Below are positions 34,548 to 44,327 of a stretch of 64,000 nucleotides of DNA, piece after piece. Under the pieces are notes generated by a model, which saw only the letters and a program-made list of their open reading frames with translations, searched no databases and had not been told where the DNA came from. The stretch is taken from NCBI GenBank assembly GCA_963698005.1, contig OY969113.1, forward strand, positions 1,209,669 to 1,273,668, read 5' to 3'. A program made the position numbers and the translations under genes. How positions within the stretch are numbered: the stretch's first letter is position 1; the number at the start of each line of letters is the position of its first letter. The stretch comes from an uncultured Acidobacteriota bacterium. GTDB lineage: Bacteria; Acidobacteriota; Terriglobia; Acidiferrales; UBA7541.

Positions 34548-35552
34548 ATGAAACACACCATCACGTTGATCCCCGGAGACGGGATCGGGCCTGAAGTTTC
34601 TAAAGCTGTAAAATCCATACTAGCGGCGACCGGACTGGCAATAGAGTGGGAAGAAATTGCCTCGCGCGCGGAAATCGAGCGGCGCGGCATCGACTTTATG
34701 CACGCAGGTGTCCTTGAATCCATTCGCAAGAACCGGGTGGCGCTGAAAGGGCCGATGGAGACTGCGGTCGGAACCGGCGCTCCGAGTATCAACGTTGGAT
34801 TGCGAAAGGCGCTCGATCTTTACGCGAATCTTCGTCCGGTGAAGAATCTCGAAGGTGTGCAGTCACGCTTTCAGAATGTGGACATCGTTTTGATTCGCGA
34901 GAACACAGAGGACCTATACGCCGGTCTGGAGCACACGGTGGTGCCGGGGGTGGTCGAGAGCCTGAAGATTATCACCGAGCGAGCGTCCACGCGGGTGGCG
35001 CGTTTTGCGTTCGAGTACGCAACAAAGTTCGGCCGGAAGAAAATTCACGCAGTTCATAAAGCAAATATCATGAAGCTTTCCGACGGGCTGTTCCTCACTT
35101 CGGTTCGCAAAGTGGCTGCGCAATATCCCGGAATCGAATACAAAGAAATCATTGTGGATAACGCTTGCATGCAAATGGTTCTAAATCCCAACCAGTTCGA
35201 CATGCTTTTGCTGACGAATCTCTACGGCGACATTATGAGCGATCTGGCCGCAGGGCTTGTCGGCGGACTGGGCGTGGTGCCAAGCGGAAACATGGGCGAG
35301 ACCGTAGCAGTTTTCGAGGCTGTCCACGGAACGGCACCCGACATTGCGGGAAAGAACATTGCAAATCCAACCGCGCTGCTGATGAGCTCGATTATGATGC
35401 TGCGACATCTCGACGAAATGCAGGCGGCGAGACGAGTGGAAGATGCGCTGCACAAAGTTTACCGCGAACATAAGTCGCTTACGCGCGATGTTGGCGGTAC
35501 GGCGAGCACCAGCGAATTCACCGAAAACTTGATCCAAACGCTGGAGAAGTAG
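34548..35552 (+). CDS. icd: NAD-dependent isocitrate dehydrogenase (isocitrate/isopropylmalate dehydrogenase family)
   Basis: 334 aa. [24 protein letters not shown] and [19 protein letters not shown] motifs of the beta-decarboxylating dehydrogenases. Size and motifs fit the NAD-IDH subtype. Confidence 0.8.
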   Translation: MKHTITLIPGDGIGPEVSKAVKSILAATGLAIEWEEIASRAEIERRGIDFMHAGVLESIRKNRVALKGPMETAVGTGAPSINVGLRKALDLYANLRPVKNLEGVQSRFQNVDIVLIRENTEDLYAGLEHTVVPGVVESLKIITERASTRVARFAFEYATKFGRKKIHAVHKANIMKLSDGLFLTSVRKVAAQYPGIEYKEIIVDNACMQMVLNPNQFDMLLLTNLYGDIMSDLAAGLVGGLGVVPSGNMGETVAVFEAVHGTAPDIAGKNIANPTALLMSSIMMLRHLDEMQAARRVEDALHKVYREHKSLTRDVGGTASTSEFTENLIQTLEK

Positions 35553-35553
35553 C

Positions 35554-36510
35554 ATGAATGCCGCCGTGTTGCATACGCTCGGGCAGCCTCCTCGATTCGA
35601 GCGGTTCCCGGAGCCAAATCCCGGTGAAGGCGAAGTGATCGTTCATGTCCGCGCTGCCGCGCTGAAGCCGGTCGACAAGCAGATGGCCAGCGGCTCGCAC
35701 TATGCCAGCCCTCGCGAACTGCCCGTCGTGTGTGGTATCGACGGGGTTGGCTCGCTCGACGATGGCGCCCGCGTGTTCTTCGGCGGACCACGGCGGCCGT
35801 ACGGCGCGATGGCGGAGCGCACGGTCCTGCGTCGCGCACAGTGCTTTCCTGTGCCCGATGGCCTCTCTGACGACATCGCCGCGGCGCTACCCAACCCGGG
35901 CGTGTCGGCGTGGCTTACTCTGAAGTCGCGCGCAAAGTTGTCGCCCGGCGAAACTGTCCTGATTCTCGGCGCGACTGGTGTCACCGGAAAACTCGCTGTA
36001 CAGATAGCTAAGCTCCTTGGTGCAGGCCGTGTGGTCGCCGCGGGACGCAATGAACAGGTACTGAGTACCCTGCACAACCTCGGCGCGGATGCGACCATCC
36101 AGATCGATAAGCGCGGTCAGGACCTCACCGAAGCGTTCGCTCGCGAGGCTGGCGACACTGGCTTCCAGGTTGTCATCGACTATCTGTGGGGCCGCCCTAC
36201 CGAAGCGCTACTCGCTGCCCTCACGCGCAACGAATTTGCCGCGGCGGCGTCTGAGACTCGGCTTGTTCAGGTGGGCGAATCCGCTGGAGCGACCATCTCG
36301 CTTCCCGCAGCGGTGCTGCGCAGCACGCCCCTGACGATCGTCGGGACCGCCGGAATACCCTCCCTAGAGATCCTCACCGATGCCCTTCAACAAGTGATGG
36401 CGCACGGTGAGAACGGCAAACTTCGGATCGACACGGAACGGGTTCCCCTCGCCGACATCGAAAACGCATGGCAACGAGAGCAACGCTCCCGACTGGTTAT
36501 CATCCCGTAG
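35554..36510 (+). CDS. zinc-independent medium-chain dehydrogenase/reductase, quinone oxidoreductase-like
   Basis: 318 aa. GEVIVHVRAAALKPVD and ILGATGVTGKLAVQIAKLLGA Rossmann motif. Confidence 0.7.
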   Translation: MNAAVLHTLGQPPRFERFPEPNPGEGEVIVHVRAAALKPVDKQMASGSHYASPRELPVVCGIDGVGSLDDGARVFFGGPRRPYGAMAERTVLRRAQCFPVPDGLSDDIAAALPNPGVSAWLTLKSRAKLSPGETVLILGATGVTGKLAVQIAKLLGAGRVVAAGRNEQVLSTLHNLGADATIQIDKRGQDLTEAFAREAGDTGFQVVIDYLWGRPTEALLAALTRNEFAAAASETRLVQVGESAGATISLPAAVLRSTPLTIVGTAGIPSLEILTDALQQVMAHGENGKLRIDTERVPLADIENAWQREQRSRLVIIP

Positions 36511-36658
36511 CTGCCGCAGTTCCTCTAGGCACGCTGCCCCTCACCTATGCCCTACTGGAAATTTTCAAACGATGCATTAACACAAAGCTTCTTAGGTGAT
36601 TGACTTCCCTGCCCTCTCCGACGAAAATGAGGGCAGCAACCAGTTACTGGGAGGCTGA

Positions 36659-37036
36659 GTGCCTGACATTACTCCGGAAGTTGCGCCATTTCTGAACGGC
36701 GAAGTCGCGAAGTATGAGCCGATTTCTGAAGGAACGAACACTCGCCGGAAACGCAAGCCGCACATTGTAGCGGTCATCAATGACATGTGCACCGGATGCT
36801 CAGGTTCACCCGCGTGTGTGGAGTATTGTCCGGTAGCAGAATGCATGTTCTGGGTTCCGGACCCGGAACACGAACCCTTCGGCAAGATCCTCGTTGATCC
36901 CCTGCTTTGTATCGGCTGCAAACTTTGCACCAGCAAAGGACCTGATGGCGCGTTCCTGGAAGGATGTCCGTGGGACGCTATCGATATGGTGCCACTGGCG
37001 GAGTTTGAAGCGCAATACGGCTCGATGCCGTTTTGA
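36659..37036 (+). CDS. 4Fe-4S dicluster ferredoxin-domain protein
   Basis: GTG start after GGGAGG. CTGCSGSPACVEYCP and CIGCKLC...CP cluster motifs. Confidence 0.7.
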   Translation: MPDITPEVAPFLNGEVAKYEPISEGTNTRRKRKPHIVAVINDMCTGCSGSPACVEYCPVAECMFWVPDPEHEPFGKILVDPLLCIGCKLCTSKGPDGAFLEGCPWDAIDMVPLAEFEAQYGSMPF

Positions 37037-37090
37037 TTTTCCCGCGACTTGCCAACTGAATATCTTAGTTCGAGGCTTTTGACCTGCTAG

Positions 37091-37597
37091 TTACGGATTG
37101 CGTTTCTTGCGGCAGTCCGCGCAGAGGCCGCCTACTTCGGTACGCGACACCGTGATTTCGATGCCGCAATCGTGCGAAATTTGACGTTTCAATTCTTCGT
37201 AGAGCTCGCTTTCGAACTCTCGAACTTTCCCGCATCCCATACAAGCGACGTGAATATGATCGCGCGGGCCGTGGCTCTCGTAAAAATGGCGATCGCCCCG
37301 CAAGTGAAGAAGATCGAGTTCGTCTATCAATCCCTGGCGCTTCAGAAGGTCGAGAGTTCGATAGACGGTGACGCGAGTGACTCCCGGATCAATTTTTTGA
37401 GCGCGTTCGAGGATTTCGTCGGCGTCGAGATGCCGCCGGGCGGTTTCCATAACCTGCAGAAGTACTTTTCGCTGCCGCGTGAGGCGTATTCCGCGCGAAG
37501 CCAGCTCGTGCTCAAGCCTTCCGGGCGCTTCGTGATTGATGCGTTCCCCGCTCGATACGCGATGTGCAGGCGTGGCTGACATGGTATGAGCAGACAT
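37091..37597 (-). CDS. fur: Fur-family transcriptional regulator
   Basis: Winged-helix N-domain (RLTRQRKVLLQVM..VTVYRTLDLL). HFYESHGPRDHIHVACMGCGKV and CADC metal sites. Confidence 0.85.
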   Translation of the reverse strand: MSAHTMSATPAHRVSSGERINHEAPGRLEHELASRGIRLTRQRKVLLQVMETARRHLDADEILERAQKIDPGVTRVTVYRTLDLLKRQGLIDELDLLHLRGDRHFYESHGPRDHIHVACMGCGKVREFESELYEELKRQISHDCGIEITVSRTEVGGLCADCRKKRNP

Positions 37598-37638
37598 TAT
37601 ACCAAAATCGCATTTGTGGGAATGGCACTAAGCGGAAA

Positions 37639-37935
37639 CTAAATCACAACCTGCCATTTCGTGATTTCAATCGGACCCGCGAGAAGTTCGCCGGCCATTT
37701 TTCGGAGGGACTGAATGTGCGGAGACCTTGAATGTGCTTCGAGGTGCGCTTCGCTGGTCCAGTTCTCGTAAAACACGAATAGCGCGGGATCCGTCTGCGA
37801 TTGATGCAAATCGTAGTTGATGCAGCCTGCTTCCGCCCGAGTGGGAGAGAGCAAACCTTGAAGAATTTCGCGAACGCGCGATTCCTGGCCCGGTTTCGCG
37901 CGGATATGGGCGATCACTGTAAGAGATTGGTACAC
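37639..37935 (-). CDS. antibiotic-biosynthesis-monooxygenase (ABM) domain protein
   Basis: 98 aa. LTVIAHIRAKPG...CINYDLHQS...FVFYENWTSEAHLEAH is the typical ABM/YgiN pattern. Confidence 0.75.
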   Translation of the reverse strand: MYQSLTVIAHIRAKPGQESRVREILQGLLSPTRAEAGCINYDLHQSQTDPALFVFYENWTSEAHLEAHSRSPHIQSLRKMAGELLAGPIEITKWQVVI

Positions 37936-37947
37936 GCGGAAGCGTTT

Positions 37948-39282
37948 CTAGTGAAATTGAATCAGCTTGAAGATGTCGCTGTACATTAAGAATGCGAAAA
38001 CACCCAGCAGAAAGACCAGACCAACTTGAACGAATCGTTCTTTTACGGCAAGACTCAGATCCCGGCGAAGGGACCCTTCAATCCCCAACATTAAAAGGTG
38101 GCCACCGTCGAGGATCGGAATGGGTAGCAGGTTCACAATGCCGAGATTGAGGCTAATAAACGCGAGCAACGATATGAAATCCACCGGGCCTCGCTTGGCT
38201 GCCCGACCGGATTCTCGCGCAATGCCGACGACTGTCGATAGCTGACCCAGCTTCACGCGCCCTGTAAAGAGACCTCCGAGAACCGCTAGAATCTGGCGCA
38301 TGCCATACGCCGTCTGCAAGATAGCCTCTTTTCCCGCCGGAATAAATTGCTGCCTTTCGAAATCCGCCTGAATCTTCTGGGAAATGCCCACCTGCCACAC
38401 CGCGCTTCCATCGGCAGCCATTCCCTGAATGGGAGTTATATCGAAGGTCAAGTCTTTGCCGTCGCGCTGGACCAGGAACTGAACCGCGTGGCCGCCAGAC
38501 CCGTGCACATATTCGACCAACTGTTCCCAGGTGACGATAGGCTTGCCATTGATCGCGACAATCTTGTCGCCGGTTTTCATTCCAGCTTTTTCCGCCGGAG
38601 TGCCAATTCCAATTTCATCCGTGACCGCAGGCATCGGTGGGTAGCCGATCACTGACTCAAGAGTGCCGGAAGCCGGTGGCATCTTTGCGCTGAGGGTTTG
38701 CTCCGCGCCTGCCCGTTCGACACTAAGGCTGATTGGTTGGCCGGGAAGCACGTCCTTCAATTGAGTAATTACCTTCTCCCATGTACCGGTCTTAACGCCG
38801 TTTACTGCAACAATCCGGTCGCCGGGTTGAACGCCCGAAGCACCAACATCCTTTTGCGGTATCGCCGCGACTTCCGCCGGCTGCCGGAGATACGGATCTG
38901 AAGGAAGGCCTACGAGCCAAAAAATGCCCCAGAAAACGACGAAGGCCAGCACGATGTTCATCGTGGGACCGGCCAGAGCTATGATCATGCGGACCCAGCG
39001 CGGCTTCGAAAGGAACTCATAGTCAGCGCCGCTACGTTCTTCCACCGGATTGTCGCCGGCCATGCGCACGTAACCGCCGAACGGCAGCGCGCTCAAGCGG
39101 TAGTCGGTGTCGCCGCGCTTCACTCCGAATATACGGGGGCCGAAACCGAAAGAAAAAACATCCACACGGATACCCGAGAGTTTTGCAGCCACGAAATGTC
39201 CCCATTCGTGGACGAATATCACGATGCCCAAAACGATGGTCACCGAGACGATCGCGATCACCGCGTTATGAAAGTTAGCCAT
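37948..39282 (-). CDS. rseP: RIP metalloprotease RseP (site-2 protease) with PDZ domains
   Basis: HEWGHF zinc motif in TM1, two PDZ-like segments, C-terminal NLLPIPILDGG motif. Confidence 0.9.
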   Translation of the reverse strand: MANFHNAVIAIVSVTIVLGIVIFVHEWGHFVAAKLSGIRVDVFSFGFGPRIFGVKRGDTDYRLSALPFGGYVRMAGDNPVEERSGADYEFLSKPRWVRMIIALAGPTMNIVLAFVVFWGIFWLVGLPSDPYLRQPAEVAAIPQKDVGASGVQPGDRIVAVNGVKTGTWEKVITQLKDVLPGQPISLSVERAGAEQTLSAKMPPASGTLESVIGYPPMPAVTDEIGIGTPAEKAGMKTGDKIVAINGKPIVTWEQLVEYVHGSGGHAVQFLVQRDGKDLTFDITPIQGMAADGSAVWQVGISQKIQADFERQQFIPAGKEAILQTAYGMRQILAVLGGLFTGRVKLGQLSTVVGIARESGRAAKRGPVDFISLLAFISLNLGIVNLLPIPILDGGHLLMLGIEGSLRRDLSLAVKERFVQVGLVFLLGVFAFLMYSDIFKLIQFH

Positions 39283-39294
39283 GCTTCCCCTATT

Positions 39295-40482
39295 TTAATT
39301 CTTTCTGCGCTCGACTTCCAGTTGAGCGAGCCGTCGCGCTTCGGCGTCGGCTGCGAGCACGTCTTCTATTTTGTTAAATGCAGCTCGCGGCATGCGTTCC
39401 AGCACCCGCTCGATCACTGCGGCAATTCCCGGAAAAGGCAGCTTCCCGGCGAGAAATGCGGCCACTGCGATTTCGTCCGCAGCGTTCAACGCACACGGCA
39501 GCGGGCCTCCCTGCCTGAGCGCTTCCTTCGCCAGCGCGAGACACGGAAATTTTCGGACCGGAACTTCTTCGAACTCCAGCTTTCGCAAAGTGGACCAGTC
39601 CAGAGCACAATCTTTGGACGGCACCCGCTCCGGGTAGGTTAGCGCATAAAGGATGGGCATGCGCATATCGGTTGCGCCAAGTTGTGCCAGGATTGAACCA
39701 TCCACAAACTCCACCATGGAATGAATCGTGGATTGCGGATGGATGACGACCTGAATTCGGTCGAGACCAACATCGAAAAGCCAGCGCGCCTCGATAACCT
39801 CAAACCCCTTGTTCATCAGCGTGGCGGAATCAATCGTGATGCGCTGACCCATCTTCCAGTTTGGATGCGCCAGGGCTTGCTTCGGGGTTGCCTTCGCAAT
39901 TTTTGCCAGAGGAGTGGTGCGAAATGGACCGCCTGAAGCCGTGAGGATCAGTCGCTTGACTTCATTTGGTTGGCCTGCTCGCAAGCATTGGTGGATTGCG
40001 TTGTGTTCGCTGTCAACCGGAAGCAGAACCGTGCCGTGGCGTTTCACGGCGGCCATCACCACTTCCCCGGCGGCGACCAGGACTTCTTTATTCGCCAACG
40101 CGATTTGCTTCCCTTGTTCTATGGCTTTGTATGTAGCCGGGAGGCCGACCACGCCAACAGCGGCTGACACAACCATCTCCGCGTCGGGATGTGTGGCGAC
40201 GCGTTCGATTCCTTCGGCGCCGAATAGTATTTCAAGACCCGGCTGCGCAGGATCCTTGTGCCCACGATTTTTCTTCAAAGCCGCGCAAAGTTCGCGCGCG
40301 CCGGATTCCGTGGCTACTGAAACTACTTGTGGCCGATACTTAGCTACTTGCTCGGCGGCCAGCGCAATATTGGATCCCGCAGCCAGCGCTACGACTTCAA
40401 ATCTTCCAGGATGTGCGTCAAGCACCTTGAAGCATTGACGGCCAATGGAACCTGTGGAACCGAGTATCGCAATCTTTTTCAT
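39295..40482 (-). CDS. dxr: 1-deoxy-D-xylulose 5-phosphate reductoisomerase
   Basis: ILGSTGSIG NADPH motif. LANKE, DSEH and NKGxE motifs. Confidence 0.9.
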   Translation of the reverse strand: MKKIAILGSTGSIGRQCFKVLDAHPGRFEVVALAAGSNIALAAEQVAKYRPQVVSVATESGARELCAALKKNRGHKDPAQPGLEILFGAEGIERVATHPDAEMVVSAAVGVVGLPATYKAIEQGKQIALANKEVLVAAGEVVMAAVKRHGTVLLPVDSEHNAIHQCLRAGQPNEVKRLILTASGGPFRTTPLAKIAKATPKQALAHPNWKMGQRITIDSATLMNKGFEVIEARWLFDVGLDRIQVVIHPQSTIHSMVEFVDGSILAQLGATDMRMPILYALTYPERVPSKDCALDWSTLRKLEFEEVPVRKFPCLALAKEALRQGGPLPCALNAADEIAVAAFLAGKLPFPGIAAVIERVLERMPRAAFNKIEDVLAADAEARRLAQLEVERRKN

Positions 40483-40611
40483 CGGGCTCTAGTTTATCGG
40501 CGTTTGCGAGAATATGCGAATGTGGAGTGAGGCTGCTTTCCCGATGCTGCCTTCATTGATAACCAGCGTTAGCGCGTCAATGCGCTGACTTGTCCAGAAG
40601 TTGTAGCGTGC

Positions 40612-42423
40612 TCAGAAACCGGGTGGCCGCTCGCCGACGACGCCAAAAGCGCGCTCCAATGCGAGGCCGGCGCTTCCCACTGTGCCCTCATCAAAAAGCC
40701 TGCCAATCAAGGTGACTCCGTGCGGAACGCGGCGCGGCGGAGAAAACTTCGGCAGTGGCCTGCTTGGGTCCGGCGCCCAGTCGCTGCGGGCCTCGGAGAC
40801 TTCGACAAAACCGGCGCGCAATGTGAGCGAGGGATGTCCGGTAAAATTGGTGATTGTCAACATTTCGTCGCGCAACGACGGCACCAGGAGCAGGTCCACC
40901 TCTGAGAAAACGCGGGCCATCTCTTCGGCTACTTTGCGCCGCAAACGATCAGCCTGGACAAAATCGACCGCTGAAAGAAACCGGGACTGCCGGAAAAGAT
41001 TAGGCCAGGCGTCATACGTTTGAATCTTGAGCTGATCCAAACCGTGGCTCAACGTGACTTCCTCAAACGCCGCTGCGCCTTCTGCAAAAAGAATCAGGTC
41101 GAGCGAGTCGTACGGCCAGTTGGGAATGGACACTTCCACTGGAACCATGCCGACTTTCTTTACCGTTTCCAAAGCCGCGCGGTCCACATCGGTCGCGGGA
41201 TTCTCTTTCATCCATGCAGGAAAATAGCCAACGCGCAGTCCCTGCACGGCGGCACCCGCGTCGAAGTCAAGTTTGCTGGGTACGCTTGAAACATCGCCTG
41301 CATCAAGTCCGGAAATGGCGTGGAGAACAAGCATGGTGTCTTCCACGCTGCGAGTCATCGGACCGAGCTTGTCGAGCGACCAGCACAGCGTCATCGCGCC
41401 GGTTCGTGCCACACGGCCGAAGGTAGGCCGCAATCCGGTAACACCGCAACGCATCGAAGGGGACACGATGCTGCCGCCGGTCTCGCTGCCAATCGCAAAG
41501 CCCACCAGCCCCGCGGCAGTGGCGGCGCCAGGGCCCGCGCTCGAGCCGGACGACCCTTCCTCCAACAACCAGGGATTCATCGTTTGGCCGCCGAACCAGA
41601 TGTCGTTGAGCGCCAGTGAGCCCAGACTCAGCTTAGCGACAAGCACCGCACCAGCTTCGTGCAGGCGCTGCACTACCGCAGCGTCCTTGGTGGGCACGCG
41701 ATTCCTGAAAGGCTCAGCGCCATACGTGGTGGGAATGCCGGCGGTGTCGAGAAGGTCTTTGCCGCCCCACGGAACGCCGTGCAAAGGTCCGCGATATTTT
41801 CCGGCAGCGATTTCCTGGTCGGCCTTTTTCGCCTGCGCCAGCGCTAATTCTCGCGTGAGCGTAATCACGCAGCGAAGCTCGGGATTGAATTTCTCCAATC
41901 GATCGAGATAGAGATGGGTGAGCCGCTCTGAACTCAGCTTCCGGTGCTCGATCCAGCGCGAGAGCTGCGTGACCGACGCGAAAGCAATATCTTCGTCGTT
42001 CGTAGGCAGTGGTCCCGGATCGGTGTCACTGCGGATAAATCGATCGCGCGCCGGAAGTAACTTCTGGCCCGATAACACCGGATCCCAGCGCGAATACGGC
42101 GCGAGACCAGGTTCAAGCGCCACTTTGTTCGGCCCCGTGCGACGTTCCACGAGCGGTGCCATGTTGACGCGCCAACTGGCAGCAGCTAGGGCACGCTCGG
42201 CCTCGTTCAGTTCCACCTGTACAAGTTTTTCTGCTTCGGTGAAGGTGGTGGGCGACACGATGGGTCCCATGGGATGCGCGGTGCCGAATGCGGGAGGCGC
42301 TCCGGGAGGCAGGCCAGGTTGCTGTTCTTGGCTCAGGCCCGGAGCGGCTGCTGCCAGCGGAGTAGTTACTGCCAGGAGTCCGAGAGATGTCTCGGCCAAG
42401 AATTCCCTTCGCGATTTTGACAT
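40612..42423 (-). CDS. amidase-signature family protein with Tat-type signal
   Basis: SRREFLAETSLGLLA twin-arginine signal. GGSSGSSAGPGAA...GSETGGSIVSPS amidase signature. Confidence 0.8.
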   Translation of the reverse strand: MSKSRREFLAETSLGLLAVTTPLAAAAPGLSQEQQPGLPPGAPPAFGTAHPMGPIVSPTTFTEAEKLVQVELNEAERALAAASWRVNMAPLVERRTGPNKVALEPGLAPYSRWDPVLSGQKLLPARDRFIRSDTDPGPLPTNDEDIAFASVTQLSRWIEHRKLSSERLTHLYLDRLEKFNPELRCVITLTRELALAQAKKADQEIAAGKYRGPLHGVPWGGKDLLDTAGIPTTYGAEPFRNRVPTKDAAVVQRLHEAGAVLVAKLSLGSLALNDIWFGGQTMNPWLLEEGSSGSSAGPGAATAAGLVGFAIGSETGGSIVSPSMRCGVTGLRPTFGRVARTGAMTLCWSLDKLGPMTRSVEDTMLVLHAISGLDAGDVSSVPSKLDFDAGAAVQGLRVGYFPAWMKENPATDVDRAALETVKKVGMVPVEVSIPNWPYDSLDLILFAEGAAAFEEVTLSHGLDQLKIQTYDAWPNLFRQSRFLSAVDFVQADRLRRKVAEEMARVFSEVDLLLVPSLRDEMLTITNFTGHPSLTLRAGFVEVSEARSDWAPDPSRPLPKFSPPRRVPHGVTLIGRLFDEGTVGSAGLALERAFGVVGERPPGF

Positions 42424-42544
42424 GTATCCTCCGCGCGGTTTCGCAGTTGGTTCTACGAACTCGAAACTTAGTTAATTTTGGATGCTACGGCGAGAGGCAG
42501 TGCACCGGCGTCCCCACGTCAATTCCTTCGAGCCGTCGGCCCAG

Positions 42545-43405
42545 TTATCGCGCCAGCGAAATCCACTGGTACAACACCCAAACAACCGGCGCCGCCAGAA
42601 TAAGACTATCGACGCGGTCGAGCACGCCGCCGTGCCCTGGCAGCAACTTGCCGGAATCTTTCACTGAGGCGCCACGCTTGTACGCGGATTCAATCAAATC
42701 GCCCATTTGCCCAGCGACGTTGGCCAGACCCGCGATCACCATCAGCGTGACCACGTCAATCTGCATCCAGCGGCCAAAAAGCACCGCGACGAGCAGCGAA
42801 CCGAGAATATTTCCTAATGCACCTTCCCAAGTTTTCTTGGGGCTCAGCGACGGAGCCATCGGAACGCGTCCAAACCCGCGGCCCACAAAATACGCGAGCA
42901 TATCGCCGGCCCAAACCAGGCACAGCGTGAAAAGCACCAGTTGCCGCCCCGCTCGTTCGATACTGTTTAATCGAACCAGGTAGCTGAATGGGAGGGCGAT
43001 GAATAAAAGTCCCGCGGCGCTGATTGCGATGGAGGGAAACACTTCGTGCAGCGGACGGCGCGTGAGAAGTCCGATGCAAACACAGCCGAAAACGAAAATC
43101 AGGAGTATAGCTTCAATTGAGAACTCGCCCGCCGCTGCGTTTCGAACCAGCGAGACACCCGCGCCAATCGTACGGGTTTCCACATACCCCTGCGAATATT
43201 GCGCGTAGAACAGGCCGGCGACGCATGCGCTCGTCCACTTCTGATAAGCGCGCAGGCCCACGCGGTTCCCAAGGTCGAAAAATTCGACGAGAGCGAGTAT
43301 GGCAACGATGCCGGCAAGCCCAGCGAGAAGCGCGGGCGGACCCCACCAAACCGCAACAACGACAACCGGAATTAGGACGACCGCGGTCAAAATGCGCAGG
43401 AGCAT
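42545..43405 (-). CDS. cdsA: phosphatidate cytidylyltransferase
   Basis: C-terminal SAYKRGASVKDSGKLLPGHGGVLDRVDS signature in a polytopic membrane protein. Confidence 0.9.
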   Translation of the reverse strand: MLLRILTAVVLIPVVVVAVWWGPPALLAGLAGIVAILALVEFFDLGNRVGLRAYQKWTSACVAGLFYAQYSQGYVETRTIGAGVSLVRNAAAGEFSIEAILLIFVFGCVCIGLLTRRPLHEVFPSIAISAAGLLFIALPFSYLVRLNSIERAGRQLVLFTLCLVWAGDMLAYFVGRGFGRVPMAPSLSPKKTWEGALGNILGSLLVAVLFGRWMQIDVVTLMVIAGLANVAGQMGDLIESAYKRGASVKDSGKLLPGHGGVLDRVDSLILAAPVVWVLYQWISLAR

Positions 43406-43411
43406 TCGGCG

Positions 43412-44242
43412 TCAGCCTCGTCCCTGCCCTGCGGAACGTTTCGCGACCTTAGCTGAATCGCCGGACTCGGAGGCGTTCAGTCCGCCGTAGCGGCGTTCGC
43501 GCTTTTGAAAATCAACGAGTGCGTCGAGCAGGCGAGCGCGCGAAAAATCGGGCCAAAGCGTCTCCGTAACATAAATTTCGGCGTAGGCAATCTGCCAAAG
43601 CAGAAAATTGCTCACGCGCATTTCTCCGCTGGTACGAATCAGCAAATCGGGGTCGGGCAGGCCGGCGGTATAAAGATGTTCGGAGATAGTCTGTTCATCC
43701 GCCTGGAACGCCGAGAGGCCGTTTGAGCGAATCTGCTCCAGCATAGCGTTGAACGCGTCCACCAGCTCGGCGCGCCCGCCGTAATTCAGCGCCACCACCA
43801 GCTTCATTCCGGTATTACGGGCCGTCATGCGCATTCCGTACTCGATATCTTTGCGCACACCTTCGGGGAGCTGTTCGGCGCGTCCGATGATCAGCAGGCG
43901 AATATTATTTTTGTGAATCGCGGGCAGTTCGCGTTTCAAATATTCGCGCAGCAGGCGCATCAAAAAATCCACTTCCGCTTGCGGGCGCCGCCAATTTTCC
44001 AGCGAGAAAGCGTAGAGAGTTAAATAGGGCAGTTTCAGGCGCGCGCACGACTCGATGATTTCACGCGCAGCCTTCACGCCCGCTCGATGTCCGGCCACGC
44101 GCGGCAAGTGCCTGCGCTCCGCCCAGCGACCGTTGCCATCCATGATCACGGCGAGGTGCTGCGGAAGACGCTTCAGATCGAGCTTGCCGAGGAGCTCCGC
44201 TTCCTCGGCGTTCGCAGGCTTCAACAGTTCGCTTGCTTTCAC
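43412..44242 (-). CDS. uppS: isoprenyl transferase (undecaprenyl diphosphate synthase)
   Basis: HLAVIMDGNGRWA and FSLENWRRP motifs. Confidence 0.9.
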   Translation of the reverse strand: MKASELLKPANAEEAELLGKLDLKRLPQHLAVIMDGNGRWAERRHLPRVAGHRAGVKAAREIIESCARLKLPYLTLYAFSLENWRRPQAEVDFLMRLLREYLKRELPAIHKNNIRLLIIGRAEQLPEGVRKDIEYGMRMTARNTGMKLVVALNYGGRAELVDAFNAMLEQIRSNGLSAFQADEQTISEHLYTAGLPDPDLLIRTSGEMRVSNFLLWQIAYAEIYVTETLWPDFSRARLLDALVDFQKRERRYGGLNASESGDSAKVAKRSAGQGRG

Positions 44243-44327
44243 TAGGATTCACTCGAAGGAGACAGCCAGAAAAACTAGCACACGCAGGGGACACACGCAA
44301 GGCAACGTAAGACAGCAAGACAGAAAA

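Noticed and set aside
36609-36636. Hairpin ctgccctc..gagggcag with gacgaaaat loop upstream of the ferredoxin gene, as a further E-type REP or a promoter (TTGACT-N17-GAAAAT)
   Set aside because: It shares only the gacgaaaat string with type E. It is a single copy in the window, and the promoter reading is equally plausible. Not enough evidence to call either.
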